From contig WHTS01000012.1 in assembly GCA_009377585.1 (NCBI GenBank), positions 4,867 to 68,866 on the forward strand: a stretch of 64,000 bases of DNA, written 5' to 3'. Made by a program: the position numbers and the translations under genes. The notes under the pieces are model-generated. The model was not told where the DNA came from. It ran no database searches and saw only the letters and a program-made list of their open reading frames with translations. Numbering within the stretch: position 1 is the first letter of the stretch; each line of letters starts with the position of its first letter. This document shows positions 37,605 through 45,977 of the stretch, piece by piece. This DNA comes from Betaproteobacteria bacterium. Its GTDB lineage: Bacteria; Pseudomonadota; Gammaproteobacteria; Burkholderiales; WYBJ01.

Positions 37605-37761
37605 ATCGGTGTTCCAATCGTGGTCGAGAATGGTTGCGGGCGCGACAGGCGCCTGCGCCGGTTTCTAGACGGTGCGCCTGCGCCGGTTTCTATAATAGCG
37701 GCGTGCCCGCGCTGCCGATGGCATTGCCGATGGTTGCGGGCGCGACTGGCGAGACGAGCGA

Positions 37762-38334
37762 ATGACTGCAGCCGATACGAATCACGCCGCACCAGGGCCT
37801 TCGGTCTGGGTGCGCCGTTGGGCCGACCATATTCCCCGCGGCGGGCGGGTGCTCGACCTGGCGGCGGGTTCCGGCCGGCATGCCCGGCTGCTCGCCGCGC
37901 TCGGTCACCCGGTGGAAGTGGTCGATCGCGATGCGGCGGCGATGAGCGGGCTCAAGGGCGTCGCCGGCATCCGTACCCGCGTCGCCGATATCGAGGCGGG
38001 CAGCTGGCCTTACCCGGGCGAAGCGTTCGCTGGCGTGGTCGTTACCAACTATCTGCATCGGCCCTTGCTTGCTTTGCTGGTTGCCGCCGTCGCGCCGGGC
38101 GGCGTGCTCATCTACGAAACGTTCGCTGCCGGCAACGAGCGTTTCGGCCGTCCAACCAACCCGGATTTCCTGCTCAGGCCCGGCGAGCTGCTCGATGCGG
38201 TGCGAGGGCGGCTGCGCGTGCTGGCCTACGAGGACCTGGAAGTCGAGGTGCCGAAGCGGGCCATGGTGCAGCGAATCTGCGCACAGAGAAGCACTGCGCA
38301 GAGAAGCACTGCGCAACGAGGCGCTTCCGAGTAG
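37762..38334 (+). CDS. Class I SAM-dependent methyltransferase
   Basis: VLDLAAGSGRHA motif I, GGVLIYETF. The C-terminal end contains the AQRST tandem repeat. Confidence 0.8.
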   Translation: MTAADTNHAAPGPSVWVRRWADHIPRGGRVLDLAAGSGRHARLLAALGHPVEVVDRDAAAMSGLKGVAGIRTRVADIEAGSWPYPGEAFAGVVVTNYLHRPLLALLVAAVAPGGVLIYETFAAGNERFGRPTNPDFLLRPGELLDAVRGRLRVLAYEDLEVEVPKRAMVQRICAQRSTAQRSTAQRGASE

Positions 38335-38421
38335 CCCGGCCGCAGGCTTGTCCAAGTCGAGTCCCGCGGTCCGTGCGCCGAAACGATGCGATAGAATAGC
38401 CACCTTTCAAGCGAGAGACCC

Positions 38422-39300
38422 ATGCTCACCGGCAGCCTGGTCGCTATCGTAACGCCCATGCACGAGGACGGCAGCCTGGACCTGGAACGGTTCCGGCGCC
38501 TGATCGACTTCCATGTGCACGAGGGCACCGACGGCATCGTCGTGGTCGGAACGACCGGTGAGTCGCCTACGGTCGACTGGGACGAGCATCGGCTGCTCAT
38601 CAAGACCGCGGTGGATCACGTGGCCGGCCGTGTCCCCGTGATCGCAGGCACCGGCGCCAACTCCACCCGCGAGGCGATCGAGCTTTCCGCGTACGCGAAG
38701 GAGGCGGGCGCGGACATGAGCCTGTCGGTCGTCCCGTACTACAACAAGCCCACGCAGGAGGGGCTGTATCTGCACTTCAAGGCGATCGCCGAGGCCGTCG
38801 ACATTCCGCAGATCGTATACAACGTACCCGGGCGCACAGTGGCCGATCTTTCCAACGGCACGCTGCTGCGACTGGCCCGCATTCCGAATATCGTGGGTGT
38901 GAAGGACGCGACCGGCAATATCGAGCGCGGCTGTGATCTCGTCCGTAACGCGCCGGAACGTTTCACCATCTACAGCGGCGACGACGGAACGGGGCTGGCG
39001 CTCATGCTGGTCGGCGGCCATGGCGTCGTTTCGGTGACGGCCAACGTGGCGCCGCGGCTGATGCACGAGATGTGCGTGGCTGCCATTGCTGGTGACACGC
39101 GTCGCGCCCGCGAGCTGAACGCGCGGCTGATCCCGCTGCACAAGGCGCTGTTCGTCGAGCCCAGTCCGATACCCGTGAAATGGGCGGTGCGCGAGCTCGG
39201 TCTGATCGAGCCGGGCATTCGTCTCCCCCTCACGCCGCTCTCCACCAGTTGCCACGATGTCGTGCGCAACGCCATGCGCCAGGCGGAACTCATCGCTTGA
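38422..39300 (+). CDS. dapA: 4-hydroxy-tetrahydrodipicolinate synthase
   Basis: [10 protein letters not shown]...[11 protein letters not shown]...[10 protein letters not shown]...[10 protein letters not shown], the classic DapA pattern. Followed by bamC as in many proteobacteria. Confidence 0.95.
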   Translation: MLTGSLVAIVTPMHEDGSLDLERFRRLIDFHVHEGTDGIVVVGTTGESPTVDWDEHRLLIKTAVDHVAGRVPVIAGTGANSTREAIELSAYAKEAGADMSLSVVPYYNKPTQEGLYLHFKAIAEAVDIPQIVYNVPGRTVADLSNGTLLRLARIPNIVGVKDATGNIERGCDLVRNAPERFTIYSGDDGTGLALMLVGGHGVVSVTANVAPRLMHEMCVAAIAGDTRRARELNARLIPLHKALFVEPSPIPVKWAVRELGLIEPGIRLPLTPLSTSCHDVVRNAMRQAELIA

Positions 39301-39344
39301 ATGCGCGTCTCACAGGCTCTTCTCCGAGCCGCTTCGAGAGTTCT

Positions 39345-40490
39345 ATGAAGTCGATTGCCGCTGTGATCATCGCCGTTGCGTCGGTTGCCGCGGGGTGTTC
39401 GTCGCTGGACGGCATGCTCGACTCGCGTAAGGTCGATTACAAGAGCGCCGGACAATTGCCACCGCTCGAGATCCCGCCCGACCTGACGCGTCCTACGACC
39501 GACGACCGTTTCGCCGTTCCGGACATCAACCCCAAGGGCAGCGCAACCTACTCGGCCTATTCCAGGGAGCGATCGGCCAAGCAGGTCTCGACCAATTCCG
39601 ACATCCTGCCGAAGGTGAGCAACGCGCACATCGAGCGCGCGGGCACGCAGCGCTGGCTGGTGGTCGAGGCCAACCCGGATGCGTTGTGGCCCACGGTGAA
39701 GGCGTTCTGGCAGGAGATCGGCTTCCTGGTCAACCTCGAGGTGCCCGAGGCGGGTGTGATGGAGACCGACTGGGCCGAAAGCCGCGCTCGGATCGATGAC
39801 GGCGTGATTCGCGGCGCACTCGGCAAGCTGTTCGGGAGCGTGTCCTCCACGGCCGAGCGCGACAAGTTTCGCACCCGCCTGGAGCGCGGCGTCAACGGCA
39901 AGACGACGGAGATCTACATCAGTCATCGCGGCATGATCGAAGTGTTCGCGAACTCGGCCATCGGCGACGAGAAAACCATGTGGCAGCCGCGCCCGGCCGA
40001 TCCGGACCTGGAAGCCGAGATGCTGCGCCGCTTGATGGTGCGCTTCGGTGTGCAGGAGGCGCGCGCGCAAGCCGATCTGCAGCGCGCCAGCGCCAACCCC
40101 AACCCCAAGGCGCAGATCACGCGCTCCGCCGATGGCGCTGGGCGTCTCACCATCGAAGACCCGTTCGACCGTGCCTGGCGGCGGGTGGGGCTCGCACTGG
40201 ACCGGGTCGGCTTCACGGTCGAGGATCGGGACCGCTCCAAGGGTCTGTACTTCGTGCGCTACGTCGACCCGGACGCCGATGCCCGCAGCAAGAAGTCCAC
40301 GGGTCTGCTGTCGAAGCTCGCCTTCTGGCGCGACGATGACGATCCCAAGAACCGCAAAGCGCAGTACCGCATCGCGGTCAAGGATGCGGCCAACGGCTCG
40401 GAAGTGAACGTGCTGGACATGGAAGGCAAGCTCGACCGCTCGGCGACGGCCAACCGCATCCTGACGCTGCTCTACGAGCAGCTCAAATGA
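39345..40490 (+). CDS. bamC: Outer membrane protein assembly factor BamC (NlpB) lipoprotein
   Basis: ATG 39345. Lipobox VAAGCSS, LEIPPDL motif, conserved dapA-bamC synteny. Confidence 0.8.
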   Translation: MKSIAAVIIAVASVAAGCSSLDGMLDSRKVDYKSAGQLPPLEIPPDLTRPTTDDRFAVPDINPKGSATYSAYSRERSAKQVSTNSDILPKVSNAHIERAGTQRWLVVEANPDALWPTVKAFWQEIGFLVNLEVPEAGVMETDWAESRARIDDGVIRGALGKLFGSVSSTAERDKFRTRLERGVNGKTTEIYISHRGMIEVFANSAIGDEKTMWQPRPADPDLEAEMLRRLMVRFGVQEARAQADLQRASANPNPKAQITRSADGAGRLTIEDPFDRAWRRVGLALDRVGFTVEDRDRSKGLYFVRYVDPDADARSKKSTGLLSKLAFWRDDDDPKNRKAQYRIAVKDAANGSEVNVLDMEGKLDRSATANRILTLLYEQLK

Positions 40491-40650
40491 GCGGTGAAGG
40501 GCGCCGGGCGAGCATCTCCCCGCAGCCTTCGAGTGTTCGCGTCACCCTGCCGATCTGCGCCGAGCAGGTCATGCCTGCATGCCCCGGTTCGCCCGAGTAC
40601 GCGCCGCGCTGCCGCGCCTTGGCTCGCAGGCGCAGGCCGGGCTGATCGCC

Positions 40651-41418
40651 ATGCGCTTCGCCTCGCTCGGTAGCGGCAGTCGCGGCAACGCCTTGCTGGT
40701 GGAGGCGGGCGGCAAGCGCGTGCTGCTCGACTGCGGCTTCTCGTTCGCCGAGACGGTCGCGCGGCTGCAAAGGCTCGGCTGCGCGGCCGAGGACATCGAC
40801 GCCATCGTCGTCACGCACGAGCACGACGACCATATCGGCGGGGTGGCGCGCTTCGCTGCGCGCGTCTGCATTCCGGTCTACATGACGCCCGGCACGCGGG
40901 CGGCTGCCGGGTCGCGCTTCGACGACGTGGATTGCCGCGCGTTCGACCCCCATACGGCTTTCAAGCTGGGCGAGCTCACCGTGGAGCCGTTTCCCGTTCC
41001 GCACGACGCGCGCGAGCCGGCCCAGGTGGTTTTCGACGACGGCCGTCATCGGCTCGGCGTATTGACCGATGTCGGGGTCCCGACCGCCCATATTCGCACG
41101 GTGCTCTCCGGCTGCTCGGCGCTCGTGCTGGAGTGCAACTACGATGCCGCGCTGCTGCGCGACGGGCCATATCCGCCGTCGCTCAAGGCCCGCATCGGCT
41201 CGCGCTTCGGTCATATGCGCAACGAGGATGCCGCCGAGCTGCTCGCGGCGCTGGACCGTTCGCGCCTGCGTCACGTGATCGGCGCTCACCTGTCCGAAAC
41301 CAACAACCATCCGGAACTGGTCCAGGCGACTCTCGCGCAGGCGCTGGGAACGGGCGCCACGGCGGCCGTCTCGGTCGCGCACCAGGACCAGGGATTCGAC
41401 TGGGTCTGCCTGGATTGA
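40651..41418 (+). CDS. MBL-fold metallo-hydrolase
   Basis: ATG 40651 (MRFASLGSGSRGN...). HEHDDH metal motif. Confidence 0.85.
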   Translation: MRFASLGSGSRGNALLVEAGGKRVLLDCGFSFAETVARLQRLGCAAEDIDAIVVTHEHDDHIGGVARFAARVCIPVYMTPGTRAAAGSRFDDVDCRAFDPHTAFKLGELTVEPFPVPHDAREPAQVVFDDGRHRLGVLTDVGVPTAHIRTVLSGCSALVLECNYDAALLRDGPYPPSLKARIGSRFGHMRNEDAAELLAALDRSRLRHVIGAHLSETNNHPELVQATLAQALGTGATAAVSVAHQDQGFDWVCLD

Positions 41419-41428
41419 CGCCTGCAAA

Positions 41429-41450
41429 AAGCCGGCCAAGGGGCCGGCTT
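41429..41450. terminator. Bidirectional rho-independent terminator
   Basis: AAGCCGGCC-aagg-GGCCGGCTT, 9-bp stem flanked by A-run and T residues, between convergent stops at 41418 (+) and 41474 (-). Confidence 0.7.
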
Positions 41451-41473
41451 GTGTGGGTGAATCCCGGAAGACG

Positions 41474-41875
41474 TTACTTCTTCATGGCATCCGTGACCGC
41501 TTCCTTGGCGTCCTTCGCCATCTCCTTGGTCTTGTCCGCGGCATCCTTGGCCATCTGCTTGGATTCTTCCGCAGTGTAGGAAGGCGTGGTCTCGAGCGCA
41601 GGCGACTTGGGATCCATCGGGTGGCCGGCGGAGGTGGCGCTATCGGAGGGTTTGGACTCCGCGGTGCTCGGAGCCCCCGCGGGCGCGCTGGCATCGGCCG
41701 CTGGAGCGCTGGTGGTCGGCGCGGCGGGCGCGGTTGCCGGGTCGGCCGCCGGCGCAGGAGTGGCTGGTGCCGTTGTCGTAGGAGCGGGTGCGGACGCGGG
41801 CTTGTCGCCAGACTGCTCGCCACAGCCGGCCAGGAACAATGCAAGTACGGCGCCAGCGATCATGGTGCGGTTCAT
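41474..41875 (-). CDS. Lipoprotein with Pro/Ala/Thr-rich linker and Lys/Glu-rich C-terminal tail
   Basis: ATG 41875 after AGGAGA. Lipobox LFLAGC, a low-complexity PAPTTTAPATPAPAADPATAPAAP region, and the tail EESKQMAKDAADKTKEMAKDAKEAVTDAMKK. Confidence 0.7.
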   Translation of the reverse strand: MNRTMIAGAVLALFLAGCGEQSGDKPASAPAPTTTAPATPAPAADPATAPAAPTTSAPAADASAPAGAPSTAESKPSDSATSAGHPMDPKSPALETTPSYTAEESKQMAKDAADKTKEMAKDAKEAVTDAMKK

Positions 41876-42007
41876 CGTTTCTCCTAATTTGTGAATGACA
41901 ATCGAAGCAGCGTATTGCCCGATCATCACAGCTTCTACGGCAAATGCGTACAGTCTAGCACGTACCGTATGATCTGCTGCAACGAAAATCGGGCAAGCGC
42001 ATTCGCA

Positions 42008-42535
42008 TCATAGACCCAGTGTTGTACCGGTCACAGCGGGCTGCGACGCCTCCCAGATCTCCTCGAAGCGCTGCACCAGCAAGCCCGCGCCGTCGGCATC
42101 GTTCAGGACCAGAATGCCGCGTGCATTATCGAAGTGGAAGCGGCGGGCATAGTGGCTGCCGTCGACGACGCAGAACGGGTCGTAGACGCCGCGCGCGATC
42201 GGCTGTGTGCGGTGGATGCTTACGGCATGGGCGAAGTAGCGCTGCAAGGCGACCAGGCGCGGGCAATCGAGCCGTATGCGGTCGGCATCGTGCACCACGA
42301 TGGCGACTCGGTTCGCCTTGTCGGCGAGCAGAAACCGGCGCAGAGCGTCGGTGCGCGCTTGCGCGTTGTGAGCGCGATGGAGGCTCCGATCGAAGATCCG
42401 GATGCGGCCGAGCGCCATGCCGATCAGCTTGTCGATCGCCGCTTCGTAGGCGCTGACCCCGGAAAGCGGCTGCTCGTCGCGCAACAGCGCGGCCCCGTGT
42501 TCGCCGTCGTGCGGGGTTTCAGGCGAGCTCGACAT
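42008..42535 (-). CDS. Hypothetical protein
   Basis: ATG 42535, overlapping the stop of the upstream cupin gene by 17 nt. 175 aa, no confident family. Confidence 0.55.
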   Translation of the reverse strand: MSSSPETPHDGEHGAALLRDEQPLSGVSAYEAAIDKLIGMALGRIRIFDRSLHRAHNAQARTDALRRFLLADKANRVAIVVHDADRIRLDCPRLVALQRYFAHAVSIHRTQPIARGVYDPFCVVDGSHYARRFHFDNARGILVLNDADGAGLLVQRFEEIWEASQPAVTGTTLGL

Positions 42536-43637
42536 AACCGGCTCGATACCATTCGTGCATTTGTCGCGCAGCCTGCAGCGAACGGCTGCGCCACGGCAGG
42601 GCCGCGCGTTCGTCGGCCAAGGCAATCAGCGCGGCGCGCGCCGAGGGCGGCATACGAACGCACTCGCCGTTGACGAACAGGCGATCGCCGCGAAACAGCA
42701 TCCGCGTGGAAGCCGCGAGCCGAACGCCGTGCGCGCGCGCATGTGCGAGGAAGCGCGCGAACGGTACGATGCGCTCCGGCGCGCGGAACCAGACCTGCGC
42801 CTTGGGCTCGGTCAGCTGCTCGCCGGCGAATTGCTCGACGGTGGCGCGCGACCAGCGAACGGCGGCCAGCATCGCTTCGATCTCGCGCACCATGGAAGTG
42901 CCGATCTGTGCCGGGTGCTTCGGCAACGTCGTTTCGCGATCGCGATAGCGCCCGGTCAGTGTGAGCCTGTCCGGCAGCCATTGCAGGAAGCTGGTCGCGA
43001 TCTCCTGCCGGCTCGGCGCACGAAAGCCGACCGAGCAGGTGATGCACTGGGTCGTGGCCACGCCTTCGTGCGCATAGCGCGGCGGCAGGTACAGGACATC
43101 CCCGGGCTCGACCGCGTACTCGCGCTCGGGGCGAAACGATTTCAGGATGCGCAGGGGAGCGTCAGGCTGAAGCGCGAGATCGCGCTGGCGCCCGATGCGC
43201 CAGCGCCGGCAGCCAAGAGCTTGCACCAGGAATACGTCGTAGGAGTCGAAGTGCGCGCCGACTCCACCCCCCGGGGGAGACAAGCTCAGCATCACGTCGT
43301 CGTGGCGCGCATACGGAATGAAGTCGAACCGGTCCATCAGTGCGCGCGCCGCAGGCAGATGCAGATCCGCGCCTTGCACGAGCAGCGACCAGCCGCGCGC
43401 AGGCAGGCGCTCGAGCCGCCGGCGCGGGAACGGACCGTGCTCGACGCTCCAACGTTTGCCTTCTCGGCGCACCAGGCGCGATTCGACGTCGTCGCGGCTC
43501 GCGAGCTCGATCAGCATCGCGGGCTCGAATCGTTGTGCGACTTCGGTGAGCGCGGATCTCGCGAACAGCGCTTTTTTCTGCCAATAGGTGCGCAGGAAAC
43601 GCGCTGCCGTGAGCGCGCCTGCCGTGCCCTCGCTCAT
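42519..43637 (-). CDS. JmjC/cupin-domain ribosomal oxygenase-like protein (RoxA/YcfD family)
   Basis: FLRTYWQKKALF N-terminus, metal site GVGAHFDSYDVFLVQ...H, and a winged-helix C-terminal part. The start was chosen by analogy with YcfD (ATG 43637); upstream ATGs at 43655..43685 are also possible. Confidence 0.75.
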   Translation of the reverse strand: MSEGTAGALTAARFLRTYWQKKALFARSALTEVAQRFEPAMLIELASRDDVESRLVRREGKRWSVEHGPFPRRRLERLPARGWSLLVQGADLHLPAARALMDRFDFIPYARHDDVMLSLSPPGGGVGAHFDSYDVFLVQALGCRRWRIGRQRDLALQPDAPLRILKSFRPEREYAVEPGDVLYLPPRYAHEGVATTQCITCSVGFRAPSRQEIATSFLQWLPDRLTLTGRYRDRETTLPKHPAQIGTSMVREIEAMLAAVRWSRATVEQFAGEQLTEPKAQVWFRAPERIVPFARFLAHARAHGVRLAASTRMLFRGDRLFVNGECVRMPPSARAALIALADERAALPWRSRSLQAARQMHEWYRAGYVELA

Positions 43638-43790
43638 CCATTCGTGCCCGCGCATGTTCACATCGGCCTCGTCAGCCATCCGCATGCACGCCGTGCGCGC
43701 GGCATCTCGCGACAGCGGAACTGGCGCTACGCTTGTTCGTCGCCACGCGATTATAGCGGCCGCGATCGCGCGCGTTCTCCGGGGCGCGCT

Positions 43791-43947
43791 CCGTGCGCGG
43801 CTTTTATGCGCACGCAACAGATCCGTGCGCGGCTTTTATGCGCACGCAACAGATCGGTGCGCGGCTTTTATGCGCACGCAACAGGTTGGTGCGAGGTTTG
43901 TGTGCACGCAGCAGTTTCGTGCGAGGCTTCCGCGCACGCAAAAGGTT
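43791..43947. repeat. Five head-to-tail 30-32 bp repeat units, each with an internal GTGCGC-N9-GCGCAC hairpin
   Basis: Units at 43791..43822, 43823..43854 and 43855..43886 are near-identical: CCGTGCGCGGCTTTTATGCGCACGCAACAGAT. Units at 43887..43916 and 43917..43947 are degenerate. The array ends at a TATACT -10-like hexamer (43948..43953), 48 nt upstream of the bcp ATG. Confidence 0.9.
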
Positions 43948-44000
43948 TATACTGTTGCCCGATTCTTCGCGCGAGGCGATCGGTCGAAAGGATTCAGCCT

Positions 44001-44474
44001 ATGCAGCTTCGGGCCGGGCAACCTGCACCGCAGTTCACGCTTCCTGATGCGGACATGGAGATGGTGAGCCTTGCGGATTTTCGCGCTCAGAGCAACGTCG
44101 TGCTCTATTTCTATCCGAAGGACGACACGCCCGGCTGCACGCGCGAGGCGATCGATTTTTCCGATCTCGAGAACGAATTCACCGAGCTGCACACGGTCGT
44201 ACTGGGAGTGAGCCGCGACGACTGCCTGTCGCACGGCGCCTTCCGCGACAAGCACGGTCTGTCGCTGCGGCTGCTCTCGGACGCGGATTCGGAAGTCTGC
44301 GAGCAATACCGCGTGTTGCAGGAAAAGGAAGTCGAGGGTGTGCGCCGGGTGGGAATCTCGCGCTCGACCTTCATCATCGACCGGCAGGGCGTGCTGCGTC
44401 ACGTGCTCTACGGCGTGAAGGCGGCCGGACACGCGCACGAGGTCCTGGAGCTCTTGCGCCGAATGAAAAAGTGA
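44001..44474 (+). CDS. bcp: Thiol peroxidase/peroxiredoxin Bcp
   Basis: ATG 44001. FTLPDADMEMVSLADF...VLYFYPKDDTPGCT peroxidatic Cys motif. Confidence 0.92.
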   Translation: MQLRAGQPAPQFTLPDADMEMVSLADFRAQSNVVLYFYPKDDTPGCTREAIDFSDLENEFTELHTVVLGVSRDDCLSHGAFRDKHGLSLRLLSDADSEVCEQYRVLQEKEVEGVRRVGISRSTFIIDRQGVLRHVLYGVKAAGHAHEVLELLRRMKK

Positions 44475-44481
44475 GCCGACC

Positions 44482-44961
44482 ATGAAGATCCAGAAGGACA
44501 CGGTGGTGTCGTTGAACTTCGAGATGAGCGATGCCGAAGGAGCGGTGCTGGAAAAAAGCGACGAGCCGGTGGGCTATCTGCACGGCGGCTATTCCGGCAT
44601 GTTCGAGGCCGTGGAGGAAAGACTCGAAGGGCTGGACGAGGGCGCCGAGGTTGCGGTGACACTCGAGCCCGACGACGCCTTCGGCGAGTACGACGAGAGC
44701 CTGAAACGCAGCGAACCGCGATCGGCGTTCCCGGCCAATATCGCGGTCGGCATGCGCTTCGAAGGCACCGGCGCGGAGTCGGGCGAGACTCGCGTCTATA
44801 CCATCACGGCCGTACAAGGCGATCAGGTCGATGTCGACGGCAATCATCCCTATGCCGGCAAGACGCTCGACTTTCGCTGCACGGTGTTGTCGGTGCGTCC
44901 GGCGACCAGCGAGGAACTGACGCACGGGCACGCGCACGGCCCTGGCGGCCATCACCACTAA
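44482..44961 (+). CDS. slyD: FKBP-type peptidyl-prolyl cis-trans isomerase SlyD-like
   Basis: MKIQKDTVVSLNFEM..., an IF-domain insertion, DGNHPYAGKTLDF, and the His-rich tail HGHAHGPGGHHH. Confidence 0.88.
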   Translation: MKIQKDTVVSLNFEMSDAEGAVLEKSDEPVGYLHGGYSGMFEAVEERLEGLDEGAEVAVTLEPDDAFGEYDESLKRSEPRSAFPANIAVGMRFEGTGAESGETRVYTITAVQGDQVDVDGNHPYAGKTLDFRCTVLSVRPATSEELTHGHAHGPGGHHH

Positions 44962-44986
44962 GACGCCCGCCATCCGCCCCTGAGGC

Positions 44987-45013
44987 GTCATTCCCGCGAA
45001 AGCGGGAATCCAG
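44987..45013. repeat. REP hairpin GTCATTCCCGCGAAAGCGGGAATCCAG
   Basis: 8-bp stem ATTCCCGC/GCGGGAAT with a GAAA loop. A second copy is at 51714..51740. Confidence 0.85.
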
Positions 45014-45160
45014 GCTGCGGCGCGCAGGCTGTCCGATGGCGCAGCGGCGCACGCAGTCTTCATCCACCATCACGCCGAGCCGCGGCTGCATCGCCAGGTT
45101 CGCATGGCCGGCTGTGACGGCGAACAGTTTGCGCGTCACGTCGGCTGGGAGGTTGCTTGC

Positions 45161-45937
45161 TCAGCGCGGCGCGCGCAGCTCGCGGCGGAATTCCATCGAG
45201 TACGTAAAGCGTCCCTCGGGGTGAATGGTCACCGTGGTCTCGAAGTTGCGCGCGTCCCTGTCGATGTAGCGCCGGATGATCGTGATCGCCGGCGTGCCCG
45301 TCTTCACTTCCAGCAGCGGCGCGATCTTTCGCGGCACGCGGCTGGGAAAAAGCTGCAGGCGCGCGCACTCGGTGGTCTGGCCGAACATGCGCTCGAGCTG
45401 CGCGTAGACGGGCTCGCGGTCGAGGTTCGGCGAGCGCACCACGCCGGCAAAGGGCGGCAGGATGTAGATGTCCTGCCACGCGAGCGGAAGCGCGATTCCT
45501 CCGGAGCGGCGCACGCCGCTGATGCGAAACCAGCGCGTCCCGACCGGACAGCCGAGCAGGGCGGCGAGCCGCCGGTCCGCCACGACGTTCGCGGTCGTGC
45601 TGCCGTCGCGGTACGTCTCCGAGGGATAGCTCAGGATCTCGCCGAGCGAATTGAGCGTCTGCGTGTACACCGAGGGTTGCGCGGCCGCGATCACGATGGA
45701 TCCCGCGCCCGGCCGGCGCGTGACCAGCCCTTTCTCGGTGATGACGCGCAGCGCCTCGCGCACGGTATAGCGGCTGGCGCGGAAGCGGGCGCACAGCTCG
45801 ATCTCGGTCGGCAGCAACGTGCCGACAGCGTGCTTGCCGCTCGCGATCTCGGCCAGCAGGCGCTCGGCGATCACGCGATAACGTGGGCGCGAGCGCCCGC
45901 GACGGGAACCGTCGACCCGGCTGGGCGCGCGCAACAT
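45161..45937 (-). CDS. GntR-family (HutC subfamily, UTRA domain) transcriptional regulator
   Basis: ATG 45937. HTH LPTEIELCARFRASRYTVREALRVITEKGLV plus a UTRA-like C-terminal half. Confidence 0.85.
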   Translation of the reverse strand: MLRAPSRVDGSRRGRSRPRYRVIAERLLAEIASGKHAVGTLLPTEIELCARFRASRYTVREALRVITEKGLVTRRPGAGSIVIAAAQPSVYTQTLNSLGEILSYPSETYRDGSTTANVVADRRLAALLGCPVGTRWFRISGVRRSGGIALPLAWQDIYILPPFAGVVRSPNLDREPVYAQLERMFGQTTECARLQLFPSRVPRKIAPLLEVKTGTPAITIIRRYIDRDARNFETTVTIHPEGRFTYSMEFRRELRAPR

Positions 45938-45977
45938 GGCGGGCGCGGAAGATGCCGAACGCGGGCTTCCCATTCGC

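Noticed and set aside
41580-41800. Pro/Ala/Thr-rich repetitive stretch as a DNA-level repeat or collagen-like gene
   Set aside because: It is low-complexity coding sequence: the linker of a lipoprotein with a clear lipobox and RBS. There is no regular nucleotide period.
42008-42535. Phospholipase D/cardiolipin synthase-like domain in the 175-aa hypothetical protein (FCVVDGSHYARRF resembles the HKD-motif context)
   Set aside because: The His and Lys of the HxK(x)4D motif are absent, and the protein is too short. The resemblance is too weak to annotate.
43791-43947. Possible CRISPR array (regular ~32-bp repeats with internal palindromes)
   Set aside because: The units are directly contiguous with no unique spacers, decay progressively, number only five, and no cas genes are nearby. 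It is a tandem repeat, not a CRISPR.
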